Origin: Candidatus Micrarchaeota archaeon
GTDB taxonomy: Archaea > Micrarchaeota > Micrarchaeia > Anstonellales > Bilamarchaeaceae
Direction: 5' to 3'
DNA length: 64,000 bases
Assembly: GCA_037447235.1 (NCBI GenBank)
Contig: JBBIHC010000002.1
Span: 5,951 to 69,950 of the forward strand
Shown: piece after piece, positions 27,076 through 36,554 of the stretch
Position numbering within the stretch: position 1 is the stretch's first letter
Layout: the number at the start of each line of letters is the position of its first letter
Notes under the pieces: model-generated
Seen by the model: the letters and a program-made list of their open reading frames with translations, nothing else
Told to the model about the DNA's origin: nothing
The model's database searches: none
Translations under genes and position numbers: made by a program

Positions 27076-28671
27076 ATGGAGACTTTTACTGACAGCGAGA
27101 AAGCGGTACTTTCAAAGTTCGTCAGTAATGCCGAAAGGGATGTTTTCGTGCTCAAGAACCTTCCTGAAGTCGTGAAGGGCGCGCTTTTCTCAAGATACAG
27201 CAGAAGCACGAAGAGCCTGAGAAGGCTTCTGCTTGACGAATTTTTGGGCAACAGGGACCTTAACGTGGGATGCCGCCAGGGAACGGCAGAAGAGGATTTT
27301 GTGCTCACGAAAAAGGCAGAGGAATTTTACGACCGCGTCCTGGTCGGATTCGGCGATGATTCGGTTGCCGAGCTCGGCGGCGCCCATATAGCGCTTGAAA
27401 ACATTTCCATCCTCGCAACCAAGGCGATTGAAGACAGCCGCATCGGCATTTCGCCTCTGGAAAAATCCACGCGCTATGTTTATTTTGATAAGAAGGTTAA
27501 TGGAAAGTGGTTGTACTATGAAGAACCGCTCCTTATGAAAGAGATGCCTGAAAGCTACGCCGCAGCCTGCGAAAAATGTTTTGAGACATACGCCGCGCTC
27601 ATACCAAAAGTCGCAAAATACGTCTCTGAAAGGCTGGAGAGAAAAGAGCTGAGCGAGCGGGCTTATGAGGCGGTCGTCCGGGCGAAGACCTGCGACATAT
27701 TGCGCGGCATTCTGCCTGCCGCCACGCTCACCAACGTCGGCTTGTTCGGCAACGGCAGGGCCTTTGAGTACCTGATAACAAAACTGTACGCGAGCGGGCT
27801 TGCCGAGCTTGAGGGGCTCGGAAAAGCGATGGAAGCCGAATTGAGGACAACCATCCCTTCTTTCGTGAAGCGTGCCGGCGAGAAGCATGGCAAAGAGATG
27901 CAGGAGTATATAAAAAGCGCATCGCTGGCTGCCGCTTCCCTTGCGCCGCAGGATTCTTCAGCAACACAGAAAGCAGTCCAACTTGTTGATTTCGATCCAG
28001 ACGCATACGCCAAAGTGGTTGCGGCAATTCTTTATCCGCACAGCCGCATCCAGCTTTCTGAACTTGAGGAGCGCGTCCGGAAGATGAGCAAGGAAGAGAT
28101 TAAGCGGGTGATAAGCGAGCATCTTGGGCAAAGAATGAACCGCAGGCAAAGGCCCGGGAGGGGGTTTGAGCGCGTTTATTACACATTTGAGATATGCACC
28201 AATTTCGGCGCCTACCGGGACCTTCACAGGCACCGCATACTCAGCCAGCAGAGGCAGATGCTCTCAACCAGGCTTGGCTATGATATGCCGCCGGAAGTGG
28301 TTGAAGCAGGCTATCAATCTGATTTCGCGGACGCGATGGAAACCGCGAGGATCAGCCATGAGGAAATCGCGGCCCGTTATCCAAAGCAGGCGCAATATGT
28401 TGTGCCTCTTGCTTACCGCCTGCGATGGATGGTTACGATGAATGCGCGCGAGGCTTATCACCTCTGCGAGATAAGAAGCACCCAGCACGGGCATCGCGAT
28501 TACAGGCGCGTGGCCCAGGAGATATATTTTGAAATAAAGAGAGTCCATCCGCTTATCGCTGAGAAGATGATTGTTGACCTGAACGAGTATGACTTTGAAC
28601 GGCTGGAATCCGAGAAAAAAATAGACAGGAAAATAGAGGAGATAAAGAAAAAGTACGGCGAAAAGGGCTGA
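27076..28671 (+). CDS. thyX: Flavin-dependent thymidylate synthase ThyX-like, long form.
   Basis: The ThyX signature AYRDLHRHRILSQQRQMLSTRLGY sits in the C-terminal part. A strong SD (GGAGGGAG) lies upstream. The 531-aa length is comparable to the long chlamydial ThyX proteins. Confidence 0.5.
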   Translation: METFTDSEKAVLSKFVSNAERDVFVLKNLPEVVKGALFSRYSRSTKSLRRLLLDEFLGNRDLNVGCRQGTAEEDFVLTKKAEEFYDRVLVGFGDDSVAELGGAHIALENISILATKAIEDSRIGISPLEKSTRYVYFDKKVNGKWLYYEEPLLMKEMPESYAAACEKCFETYAALIPKVAKYVSERLERKELSERAYEAVVRAKTCDILRGILPAATLTNVGLFGNGRAFEYLITKLYASGLAELEGLGKAMEAELRTTIPSFVKRAGEKHGKEMQEYIKSASLAAASLAPQDSSATQKAVQLVDFDPDAYAKVVAAILYPHSRIQLSELEERVRKMSKEEIKRVISEHLGQRMNRRQRPGRGFERVYYTFEICTNFGAYRDLHRHRILSQQRQMLSTRLGYDMPPEVVEAGYQSDFADAMETARISHEEIAARYPKQAQYVVPLAYRLRWMVTMNAREAYHLCEIRSTQHGHRDYRRVAQEIYFEIKRVHPLIAEKMIVDLNEYDFERLESEKKIDRKIEEIKKKYGEKG

Positions 28672-28675
28672 TTAC

Positions 28676-29590
28676 TTGGCAAGCGGCCGAATTGTTTACA
28701 TAACCGGCGCGACCGGGCGTCTTGGCAGATATGTTTATAATTACCTCTCAGGAAAGATGGAAGTCGTTCCGCTGGTGCGCAGGCCTTCGGGCTTGAAAAA
28801 CGAGGTCGTTTCTGATTTTTCACCAGATTCGCTCACAAACATCCTCAGGAATGCAGGAGCCATAATACATCTTGCAGGCTCTGTGAAGACATATGACAGA
28901 AAGGATTTATGGGAAAAAAATGTCGAATTGACGCGAAAAATTGCGGATGCCGCGCCAAAAAATGCGAAGATTATACTGGCAAGCTCAATTTCGGTTTATG
29001 GGAAGGAATTGCTGAAAAAGCCGGCAGACGAAACCACCCCAATAAGGCCAGACAGCGATTATGCGCGCTCAAAATACGAGGCAGAAAAAATAGTTTCTTC
29101 GCACCCCAACAATGTCATTCTCAGGATAGGCACAGTATACGGTCCTTTTGAGGATTACAAGGCAGTGCTTCGGAAAATAAAAGAAGGAAAGATGTTCATA
29201 ATCGGAAGCGGCAACAATGCCATCCCGTTTGTTTATGCCGGTGATGTTGCAAAAGCCTTTCTGCCTGCGCTGAAGAAAAAAGGCGTTTATAACATCGTCG
29301 GACAACCAGTGACTCAAAAAGAGGTTTATGAAATTGCCGCGCGCGAACTGGGCGTAAGGCCGCCAGAGAAAAGAGTGCCTTTCTTCCTTGCTTATGCGCT
29401 GGCGGCGGCAAATGAAAAAATCGCTCTTTTGAAAGGAGAGAGGTGCGGCATAACGGCAGAGCATATCGCGGTCCTTTATTTTGACAGGCCTTTCGACTGC
29501 CGCAAAGCTGAAAAAGAGCTTGGCTTCTCGCCGCTCAAGGCCGCCGATGGAATAAAAAAGGTCGTAAGCCGGCTCAGGCAGGGCTTATAG
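28676..29590 (+). CDS. NAD-dependent epimerase/dehydratase, extended SDR family.
   Basis: Rossmann motif ITGATGRLGRYV and the catalytic YARSKYEAEK (YxxxK). Confidence 0.7.
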   Translation: MASGRIVYITGATGRLGRYVYNYLSGKMEVVPLVRRPSGLKNEVVSDFSPDSLTNILRNAGAIIHLAGSVKTYDRKDLWEKNVELTRKIADAAPKNAKIILASSISVYGKELLKKPADETTPIRPDSDYARSKYEAEKIVSSHPNNVILRIGTVYGPFEDYKAVLRKIKEGKMFIIGSGNNAIPFVYAGDVAKAFLPALKKKGVYNIVGQPVTQKEVYEIAARELGVRPPEKRVPFFLAYALAAANEKIALLKGERCGITAEHIAVLYFDRPFDCRKAEKELGFSPLKAADGIKKVVSRLRQGL

Positions 29591-29656
29591 CCTGTTTTGC
29601 CAGCGGATTTCTACAAAAATATTTGTAGATACAAATAAATATGTAATCTGCCATAT

Positions 29657-30313
29657 ATGCTTATGCATTCAGCCAATGTTGAGAAAGCGGCGGAGGCCCT
29701 CAAGAGAGGAAGTTTCCTGGTTATGTACGACGGCGACGAGCGGGAAGGCGAAGCAGATCTTCTCTTTCACGCGGCATTTGCCACCCACGACAAAATAGAA
29801 ATGATGAGAAAAGAGGCCGGGGGCCTGATGTGCGTCGCGCTTGGAAGCAAAGAGGCAGAAAGGCTGAAACTGCCGTTTTATACTGATTTGCTGCGAACGG
29901 CCGGCTTTGGCGATATTGCCTGCCGAAGGACTGCCTACGGCGATGAGCCAGCGTTTTCGCTTTCGGTGAATCACAGGCAGACATACACCGGCATAACCGA
30001 TCAGGACAGGGCATTCACCATCAGGGAGCTGTGCACCGTTCTCCAAAGCGGCGCGCCATACGAGAATTTTGTTAAGAATTTTTATTCTCCCGGCCATGTT
30101 TTCCTTCTCAGAAGCCGCACTCTTGAGAAAAGACACGGGCATACCGAGCTGGCTACAGCGCTTGCCGAAAAGGCGGGCATTACTGCCGCCGTTGTCCTGT
30201 GCGAAATGCTTGGCGAGAGAAAGGCCATGAAAAAGGAGGATGCGGCTTCCTATGCGAAAAGAAACAACCTGATTTTTATCGAAGGCAAAGAAATTTTGGG
30301 GGCGGTGCTGTGA
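29657..30313 (+). CDS. ribB: 3,4-dihydroxy-2-butanone-4-phosphate synthase.
   Basis: Conserved DGDEREGEADLLFHAA and the surrounding DHBP synthase signature. Confidence 0.75.
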   Translation: MLMHSANVEKAAEALKRGSFLVMYDGDEREGEADLLFHAAFATHDKIEMMRKEAGGLMCVALGSKEAERLKLPFYTDLLRTAGFGDIACRRTAYGDEPAFSLSVNHRQTYTGITDQDRAFTIRELCTVLQSGAPYENFVKNFYSPGHVFLLRSRTLEKRHGHTELATALAEKAGITAAVVLCEMLGERKAMKKEDAASYAKRNNLIFIEGKEILGAVL

Positions 30314-31197
30314 AAATTGCAGTTGTTGACACGATGTTTTCAAGGGTAAATATGGGGCAGATTGCCCTGGACGAGCTTAAGAAGAATTATCCTGATGTCG
30401 AGGTTATAAGGACGACTGTTCCCGGCATAAAGGACCTTCCGGTTGAATGCAAAAGGCTTCTTGACGCCGGCTGCGACATCGCGCTTGCGCTTGGGATGGT
30501 TGGCGGCGCGCCGGTTGATGCGGTTTGCGCGCACGAGGCATCGCTGGGAATACAACAGGCAAAGCTCATGACAGGCAAGCACATTATTGAGGTTTTTGTG
30601 CACGAAAACGAGGCTTGGAGCGAAGACGGGTTTTTTTCAATATGCGAAAACAGGACGAGAAAGCACGTTCATAACGCGATCTGGCTTGCTTCCTCGCCGG
30701 AGAAACTTGTTGAGAATGCGGGGAAAGGCGTTCGGCAGGGAAAGGAGGACGAGGGACCGATAATTCCGGGAAAAAGAAAAAAGATAAGGCTCGGCATCGT
30801 GGTCGCTTCTTTCAACAGCGAGATAACCGGGGAGATGCTTGAAGCGGCAAAGAAAAGCGCGGAAGAGTTTGATGCGGCAGTAGCCGCGGTGATTCCGGTC
30901 AGAGGGAGTTTTGAGATTCCACTCGCAGCAAAGAAACTGCTTATGGAAAAAGACATAGACTGCGTTGCGGTTCTGGGGGCGGTCGTGAAGGGGGAGACAG
31001 CACACGACGAAGTCATAGTGAAAACGATAGCCGCAAGGCTTAGCGCCCTTTCGCTTGAAATGAGAAAACCGATAGGATTTGGCGTGATAGGGCACGACGC
31101 CGGCTGGGAGGAGGCAGAGGAGCGCGCGGCGGAATACGCAAAGCGCGCAGTTGAGGCGGCGGTGGAGCTAACCGAGGTGCTTAAAGGCTATGGTTGA
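30310..31197 (+). CDS. ribC-ribH: Fused archaeal riboflavin synthase (RibC, N-terminal half) and 6,7-dimethyl-8-ribityllumazine synthase (RibH, C-terminal half).
   Basis: The GTG start overlaps the ribB stop as GTGA. The N-terminal half (KIAVVDTMFSRVNMG...CAHEASLG...HIIEVFVHE...AGKGVRQG) aligns with Methanocaldococcus-type RibC. The C-terminal half (RLGIVVASFNSEIT...GAVVKGETAHDEVI...GWEEAEERAAEYAKRAVEAA) aligns with RibH. There is no stop between the two halves. Confidence 0.7.
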   Translation: MKIAVVDTMFSRVNMGQIALDELKKNYPDVEVIRTTVPGIKDLPVECKRLLDAGCDIALALGMVGGAPVDAVCAHEASLGIQQAKLMTGKHIIEVFVHENEAWSEDGFFSICENRTRKHVHNAIWLASSPEKLVENAGKGVRQGKEDEGPIIPGKRKKIRLGIVVASFNSEITGEMLEAAKKSAEEFDAAVAAVIPVRGSFEIPLAAKKLLMEKDIDCVAVLGAVVKGETAHDEVIVKTIAARLSALSLEMRKPIGFGVIGHDAGWEEAEERAAEYAKRAVEAAVELTEVLKGYG

Positions 31198-31858
31198 ATT
31201 TTATTCAAAAGCGAAGCTGCCTACCCGTTATGGCGATTTTGACATTTATGTTTTCCGGGACAATTCCCTGGAGCACACGGTACTCTTCAAGGAATACCGC
31301 GATTTGCCAGTTTTGGTCCGCGTGCATTCAAAATGCCTGACCGGCGATTCGTTCAGTTCGCTCAGGTGCGACTGCGGCTTTCAGTTTGGGCAGGCAATGT
31401 CTGCCATCTCGCAGGTTGGCGGCTTGCTCATCTACCTGGACCAGGAGGGAAGGGGCATCGGGCTTGCGAACAAGATAAAGGCGTATGCTTTGCAGGACAA
31501 AGGGTACGACACCGCAGACGCCAATCTTATGCTGGGTTTTGGCATTGACGAAAGAAATTATGCGCCTGCCGCATCAATACTGGAATTCTTTAAGATAAGG
31601 ACACTTGCCCTCCTGACGAACAACCCGGCGAAGATAGAGGCGCTGAGAAAAGACGGATTTGAGGTCCATCGCATTCCAATCGCCAGCGGCATAAACAGCC
31701 ACAACGCCGACTATCTGAAGACAAAAAAGCAAAAAATGGGGCATGACCTTGTTTGCGGCGATTGCGAAATCCGGGCGCGCTATCGCGAGATTGTGAAAAA
31801 ATTCGCCCGCCGCGCCGCAAGCAAAAGGCTCAATCCACCGAAACCACAAATTCGTTGA
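31190..31858 (+). CDS. ribA: GTP cyclohydrolase II, bacterial RibA-type.
   Basis: The conserved VHSKCLTGDSFSSLRCDCGFQ zinc site and GRGIGLANKI are both present. It overlaps the upstream gene by 8 nt. Confidence 0.7.
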   Translation: MVEFYSKAKLPTRYGDFDIYVFRDNSLEHTVLFKEYRDLPVLVRVHSKCLTGDSFSSLRCDCGFQFGQAMSAISQVGGLLIYLDQEGRGIGLANKIKAYALQDKGYDTADANLMLGFGIDERNYAPAASILEFFKIRTLALLTNNPAKIEALRKDGFEVHRIPIASGINSHNADYLKTKKQKMGHDLVCGDCEIRARYREIVKKFARRAASKRLNPPKPQIR

Positions 31859-32228
31859 GAAGCCTGAACGCTTTTCTTGGTTTGTCAACGAGTATCGTGG
31901 CAAGACCGGCATTCTCTCCGCAGCCTATCAGCCGCAATTGCCTGAGTTTTATCCGCTCCTCATTGAGCCTGTTTTTTATGTAGTCTATTCTTTTTATGTA
32001 ATCAGGAATCTGGAGGACTATCGCTTCCCTGTCTATAACCTCAAACCCGTTTTTGGCAAGCACTTCCTTGGTTTTGTGCGCGTCCCGGACTGCCATGACT
32101 ATGGCAGTCTTGCCGCCTGCCGCCTCTATGGTTATGTTTTGCACCCTTATCCCTTCCTTGCTGAGAATGTAGGAAATGTCGGTTAACAACCCTGGTTTTT
32201 CATCTGCCAGTATCGCTACTGTTTGCAT
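31830..32228 (-). CDS. ACT-domain protein.
   Basis: MQTVAILADEKPGLLTDISYILSKEGIRVQNITI is the typical ACT strand-helix. The start is taken at the internal Met; the track ORF extends to 32312. Confidence 0.45.
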   Translation of the reverse strand: MQTVAILADEKPGLLTDISYILSKEGIRVQNITIEAAGGKTAIVMAVRDAHKTKEVLAKNGFEVIDREAIVLQIPDYIKRIDYIKNRLNEERIKLRQLRLIGCGENAGLATILVDKPRKAFRLLNEFVVSVD

Positions 32229-32238
32229 GCTATCCCTC

Positions 32239-32580
32239 TTACAGATATCTTCTGATGTCCTCCGAAATGGAGTCAAGGATCTGGTATGTCCTATAGCCCT
32301 CCGTCGTTCCAAGCATTGCGGATTTTATCTTGGCCTGGTTTATCAGCCGGACGACATCTATCTTCTCGTTAGGGCTCAATGAAACCCCGGAAAGGAGAAC
32401 ATCCCTCAGCTTTATTGCCACCTCAACTATGTTTTCCTGCCTTTGACCGAAGTCGTCGTTGCCCAAAAACGCCATGACCTCAAACCTGCTTCTCGCCTTA
32501 GCGAAGTCATCTTTTAACGCATCAATATTGAATTTTGCCTTGTTTGAAAATATGCCAAGCACACAAACCATCTTAACCAC
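32239..32580 (-). CDS. Hypothetical protein.
   Basis: A 113-aa ORF tightly linked (10-nt spacer) to the ACT-domain gene. Confidence 0.35.
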   Translation of the reverse strand: MVKMVCVLGIFSNKAKFNIDALKDDFAKARSRFEVMAFLGNDDFGQRQENIVEVAIKLRDVLLSGVSLSPNEKIDVVRLINQAKIKSAMLGTTEGYRTYQILDSISEDIRRYL

Positions 32581-32808
32581 CCCATTTATACTTATGTATG
32601 TGTGGTATTTATATATTTCGCCAAATAATATGTGAAATATTACATTTTTTTTGTATTTTTTTGTATTTTTTTTACCTTAATCAGCGACGGACATATATTT
32701 TATTATAAAACACAATATCCAACGACGATGAAGACGCGGCCGGGGCGGGTAATGCTCCGGCATAATGCTCCGGCAATAACACAGCCTTAAAAACCTTTTT
32801 GACAAAAG

Positions 32809-33933
32809 ATGTACAAGACAGCTTCTATAGGTCAGATTATGAACTTTCCTAACATATATTCCATAAAGGACTATCGGTTGTTGGCCATCGCCCCGCTGGT
32901 CCTTCTGACATTGGCAATTTTCTTTATACCGAATGTGAGGCTTGGCGTTGAATTCAGTGGCGGTACCCTGGTATCGCTTGAGCTGGACGAAAGGATAAGC
33001 GACATCGCGGGCTTGAAAGCGGCTCTTGAAGCAGACGGCCTAAAGGCCGAAGTAAGGGTCTATGAGGCTGCATCTGGTCAAAAAGCAGAAATCGAATTGC
33101 CCCAGAGCGAGGTGCTTATAGAGGCGGAAAAACTAAGGGGCGATTTTGACAAGATCCTGCCGCTTGCCAGCGAGCTGGAAGTGGCGGCAGAGCAGAACTC
33201 TTCAAGGAAAGACGAATACCTGCTGAAATACTCCGAGGCTGAAAAAATAGTCAAGGGCATGTATGCGCTGGCGAAAATGGACTACGCGCCTTCCAACAAG
33301 ACCAGCGTGAACGAGCTTGACAGAAAAATAGGCAGGGCGTATTCCGAGGTATACTCAAATTACGAGAAGTCGATAATCGGCCCGATAAACAAGAACATAG
33401 AATACCGGACCATCTCGGTCAGGACAGTAAGCCCGTTGCTAAGTTCGAGTTTCATAGACACCGCCCTGAAGGTTGCGCTTGTGTCGGCAGTCCTCTCTTC
33501 CCTGTTCGTTTTGCTGTTTTTCCGCTCCTTTGTCCCGAGCCTTGCGGTCATAATCGGCGCGCTGTGCGACATCGTGATGGCTCTTGGCGCGATGGGCTTC
33601 TTCGGAATACCGCTGACTCTCCCATCCTTCGCGGCACTGCTGATGCTTGTCGGCTTCTCTCTTGACACTGATGTACTTCTTACCATGAGAATGCTTAAAC
33701 AGAAAGGAGACCCCAGGGGAAAGGCGCACGATGCCATGAAAACCGGGCTGACGATGAGCACGATGGCGATCGTATCTTTCGGCGTTCTCTTCATCCTGGC
33801 CAGCATCACCCACATAAGCACTTATTATGAGATAGCATCGGTTGCGCTCGCCGGGCTGGTAGGCGACATGTTCGCGACATGGGGGATAAACGCAGTCATA
33901 CTTCTCTGGTATCTGGAGCACAAGAGGGAATGA
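32809..33933 (+). CDS. secF: Protein-export membrane protein SecF.
   Basis: The C-terminal TM bundle (LVSAVLSSLFVLLFFRSF...GFSLDTDVLLTMRM) is typical of SecF. It lies 1 nt upstream of secD. The start could instead be at 32839 (MNFPNIY). Confidence 0.7.
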   Translation: MYKTASIGQIMNFPNIYSIKDYRLLAIAPLVLLTLAIFFIPNVRLGVEFSGGTLVSLELDERISDIAGLKAALEADGLKAEVRVYEAASGQKAEIELPQSEVLIEAEKLRGDFDKILPLASELEVAAEQNSSRKDEYLLKYSEAEKIVKGMYALAKMDYAPSNKTSVNELDRKIGRAYSEVYSNYEKSIIGPINKNIEYRTISVRTVSPLLSSSFIDTALKVALVSAVLSSLFVLLFFRSFVPSLAVIIGALCDIVMALGAMGFFGIPLTLPSFAALLMLVGFSLDTDVLLTMRMLKQKGDPRGKAHDAMKTGLTMSTMAIVSFGVLFILASITHISTYYEIASVALAGLVGDMFATWGINAVILLWYLEHKRE

Positions 33934-33934
33934 G

Positions 33935-35656
33935 ATGGACATTTTCAAGGACCACAAGTTTTTGTTTTTGCTCGCCATTTTCGCGCTTTTTGCAGGCGCC
34001 ATTGCCTACTGGGCTTCATATTCTGGCATACTCCAGATATTCGGCATAATCGTCTTCGGCTCCTTTTCCCTCCTCTGGAAGGAAAAGCGCATCAAGATAG
34101 CAGGCCTTGTTTTTCTCCTGCTGCTCAGTTTAATAAATATCGGCCTGAACGGCCTGAAGTTCGGCATAGATTTTAACGGCGGCACGAGAATTCCGGTTCT
34201 TCTGGAAAGGGCAGTCGATGACGAAACCATGGCAAAAATGATTTCCATAATAAAAGAGAGAGCCAGCGCATTCAGCCTGTCAGAGGTCAAGGTAAGGGCG
34301 ATAGGAAACAACCAGATAAATGTTGAGATTCCAAGCAGCGACGAAGAGCGCATAAAAACCGTTGAGGATATCCTGTCGCACAAGGGCGTCTATTGGGGCG
34401 TAATTGACGGCAGGATAGCAATAAGCGGCGAGCACATATTCGCAAAATCAATAGGCCCGATGGATGCAAACTCGCTCTTGCGCAGCGGCGCTGACTGGGG
34501 CGTAAGCTTTATGGTTGACCGCGAAGGCGCGGAGATGTTCGCAAGGGCGGCAAAAGGAAAGGCAGACTATCCGGTGTACATGTTTCTTGACAGGCCCGCA
34601 GACGCGGATTTGTTTTATACCCGCAGCGAGCTTCGCTCGGCGATGCTTGAAGATTCCGGCGAAAGGGAAACGCTGGGCGCATTGCGAAACGCGCTTAAGC
34701 TTGACGAGGGGCGGGACATAGGAGTTTATGTTCTTGACGATGTTTTCAACGAAACCAACATCAGCATTGCGCCCAGGACAAACGCCACGCTCGCACTGAT
34801 AAGCAGGAATGCTTCAGCGGATTACAAACAACGGCTTGAGGGGCTCGGATATGTGGTCAAGGAATTTGACGACACTTCAATCAGGCCGTCTTTCATACGC
34901 ACCGCCACCGCCGTGCTGGTCGTGGATAAGCTTGAGGCGGTCGGGCTTCTTTCAGCACCGCTCTTGAACGTGGGCCTGGCAGGCGGGATTCCGGCGTATA
35001 ATTTTGCGATAACCGGCAGCGTGGGCAATCTGAGCGGGACTGCCAAGGCGGAGGCAGCAAAGGAAAAAATGCGCTATATGGAGTCAATATTGAAAGGGGG
35101 CTCTTTGCCTGTTGGCATATCCCTGGGCTCGCGGACAACAATTCCTGCCATGCTCGGCAAGGAATTCCTGAACCTCAGCCTTATCGGCATCATCGCGTCC
35201 CTTGTCGCGATTTCAATTCTTGTCGGGCTTCGTTACAGGAATGTGCGGGCAACCCTTCCCATAATCATAATAAGCCTTGCCGAATTTGTGATACTGCTGT
35301 CAATCCTTGGCTCATTTACCATTGATTTGGCAGCCATTGCAGGCATCCTTGCCGCGATAGGCGTCGGGATAGATGCGCAGATAGTCATCACTGATGAATT
35401 GCTGAAAAAGGACAATCGAGGCGTTGAAGAAAAAACCGAACACGCATTCGCGATAATAAAAACAAATGTCATCGTCGCCAGCCTTTCCATGCTTCCGCTT
35501 CTGTTCTCCAAGGTGATCTCAGGCGTCGTGGTGGTTGAGATTCTCGGTTTTGCGATTTCAACAATACTCGGCGCGCTTCTTGGCTATCTTCTCTCCAGGC
35601 CGGCTTATGCCGCAATCGTGGAATACATTCTTGGCACGGAAGAACACGAAATTTAG
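33935..35656 (+). CDS. secD: Protein-export membrane protein SecD.
   Basis: GIDFNGGTRIPV follows the first TM. A large periplasmic-type domain and a C-terminal 6-TM bundle follow. Confidence 0.7.
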   Translation: MDIFKDHKFLFLLAIFALFAGAIAYWASYSGILQIFGIIVFGSFSLLWKEKRIKIAGLVFLLLLSLINIGLNGLKFGIDFNGGTRIPVLLERAVDDETMAKMISIIKERASAFSLSEVKVRAIGNNQINVEIPSSDEERIKTVEDILSHKGVYWGVIDGRIAISGEHIFAKSIGPMDANSLLRSGADWGVSFMVDREGAEMFARAAKGKADYPVYMFLDRPADADLFYTRSELRSAMLEDSGERETLGALRNALKLDEGRDIGVYVLDDVFNETNISIAPRTNATLALISRNASADYKQRLEGLGYVVKEFDDTSIRPSFIRTATAVLVVDKLEAVGLLSAPLLNVGLAGGIPAYNFAITGSVGNLSGTAKAEAAKEKMRYMESILKGGSLPVGISLGSRTTIPAMLGKEFLNLSLIGIIASLVAISILVGLRYRNVRATLPIIIISLAEFVILLSILGSFTIDLAAIAGILAAIGVGIDAQIVITDELLKKDNRGVEEKTEHAFAIIKTNVIVASLSMLPLLFSKVISGVVVVEILGFAISTILGALLGYLLSRPAYAAIVEYILGTEEHEI

Positions 35657-35680
35657 TAGAAGATATAAAAAGTAGGTGTT

Positions 35681-36034
35681 GTGTTTATGGCTCAAAAGAA
35701 TGTTGAGAAAGCAAGTGAGCAACCAGCTCAACAAGTTTCCAAGAAGGACCCATCGATTGCGCTAATATTAGCGTTGGTAGGCGGGCTGATATTTGGAATA
35801 CTTCCCGGTATAGGGCACATATACATGGGCTTAGCAAGGAAGGGCATTATTTACTGCGGAATTTCAATATTGCTCTGGGGCTTGATTGCCGGCGGCTATA
35901 TAGTGTTGTCTTTTACTGTAGTCGGCATGTTATGCTTCCCAATACTCTTTATACCCTATCTGTTCAACTTGGCAGTAGTCTATGACCTATACAAAATAAC
36001 AAAGGGAGAACAAGAATTTCTCCCTAATTTCTAA
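35681..36034 (+). CDS. Small membrane protein.
   Basis: A 117-aa protein with 2-3 hydrophobic helices. Confidence 0.35.
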   Translation: MFMAQKNVEKASEQPAQQVSKKDPSIALILALVGGLIFGILPGIGHIYMGLARKGIIYCGISILLWGLIAGGYIVLSFTVVGMLCFPILFIPYLFNLAVVYDLYKITKGEQEFLPNF

Positions 36035-36054
36035 AAATGCTGTAAAAACAGATG

Positions 36055-36492
36055 CTACTTCTGGGTCAGTAAATATGCCGCCCCGCCTATGAAGCCGAGC
36101 ACGAGCACCATTACAAAATTAATCACAAGACCAATTATAATCCCTGCTATGCCAAACATCATGCCAACTCCGCTGCTTACCATGATGCTTTCCATACTGT
36201 TGTTCGATAATGCGGTGCTGGCTGTCGATATGCCTACCCCCATGAGCAGGGTGATGAGGCTTATGAAAAAGCTAACGACCGTGAAAGCAACAGAGAATGC
36301 CGCCATCTCTTTTGCAAGCGGAATCCACTCGCCCTTTGCCAGTTTTGCAGTGGAAGCAACGAAGTATCCTCCGACCAGCATGAGCAACGGGGAAAGGAAA
36401 CAGTTAATCAAATTCACAAAAGGAATGAACCCTATTAAGCCAAGCACGGCAGCGATTGCCGCGCCTATAAGAGCACTCTTCAACAATGCCAT
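36055..36492 (-). CDS. Small polytopic membrane protein.
   Basis: A 145-aa protein with four hydrophobic helices. Confidence 0.35.
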   Translation of the reverse strand: MALLKSALIGAAIAAVLGLIGFIPFVNLINCFLSPLLMLVGGYFVASTAKLAKGEWIPLAKEMAAFSVAFTVVSFFISLITLLMGVGISTASTALSNNSMESIMVSSGVGMMFGIAGIIIGLVINFVMVLVLGFIGGAAYLLTQK

Positions 36493-36554
36493 AAGACCAC
36501 TAATCCAAATTAAATAGAAACTCTTTTAAATATTAATGAAACCATCCGCCGGGG

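Noticed and set aside
30199-30309. The track ORF's 5' extension upstream of ribC-ribH, overlapping ribB in another frame.
   Set aside because: The riboflavin synthase homology begins exactly at the GTG that overlaps the ribB stop. The upstream part has no homology and overlaps a conserved gene.
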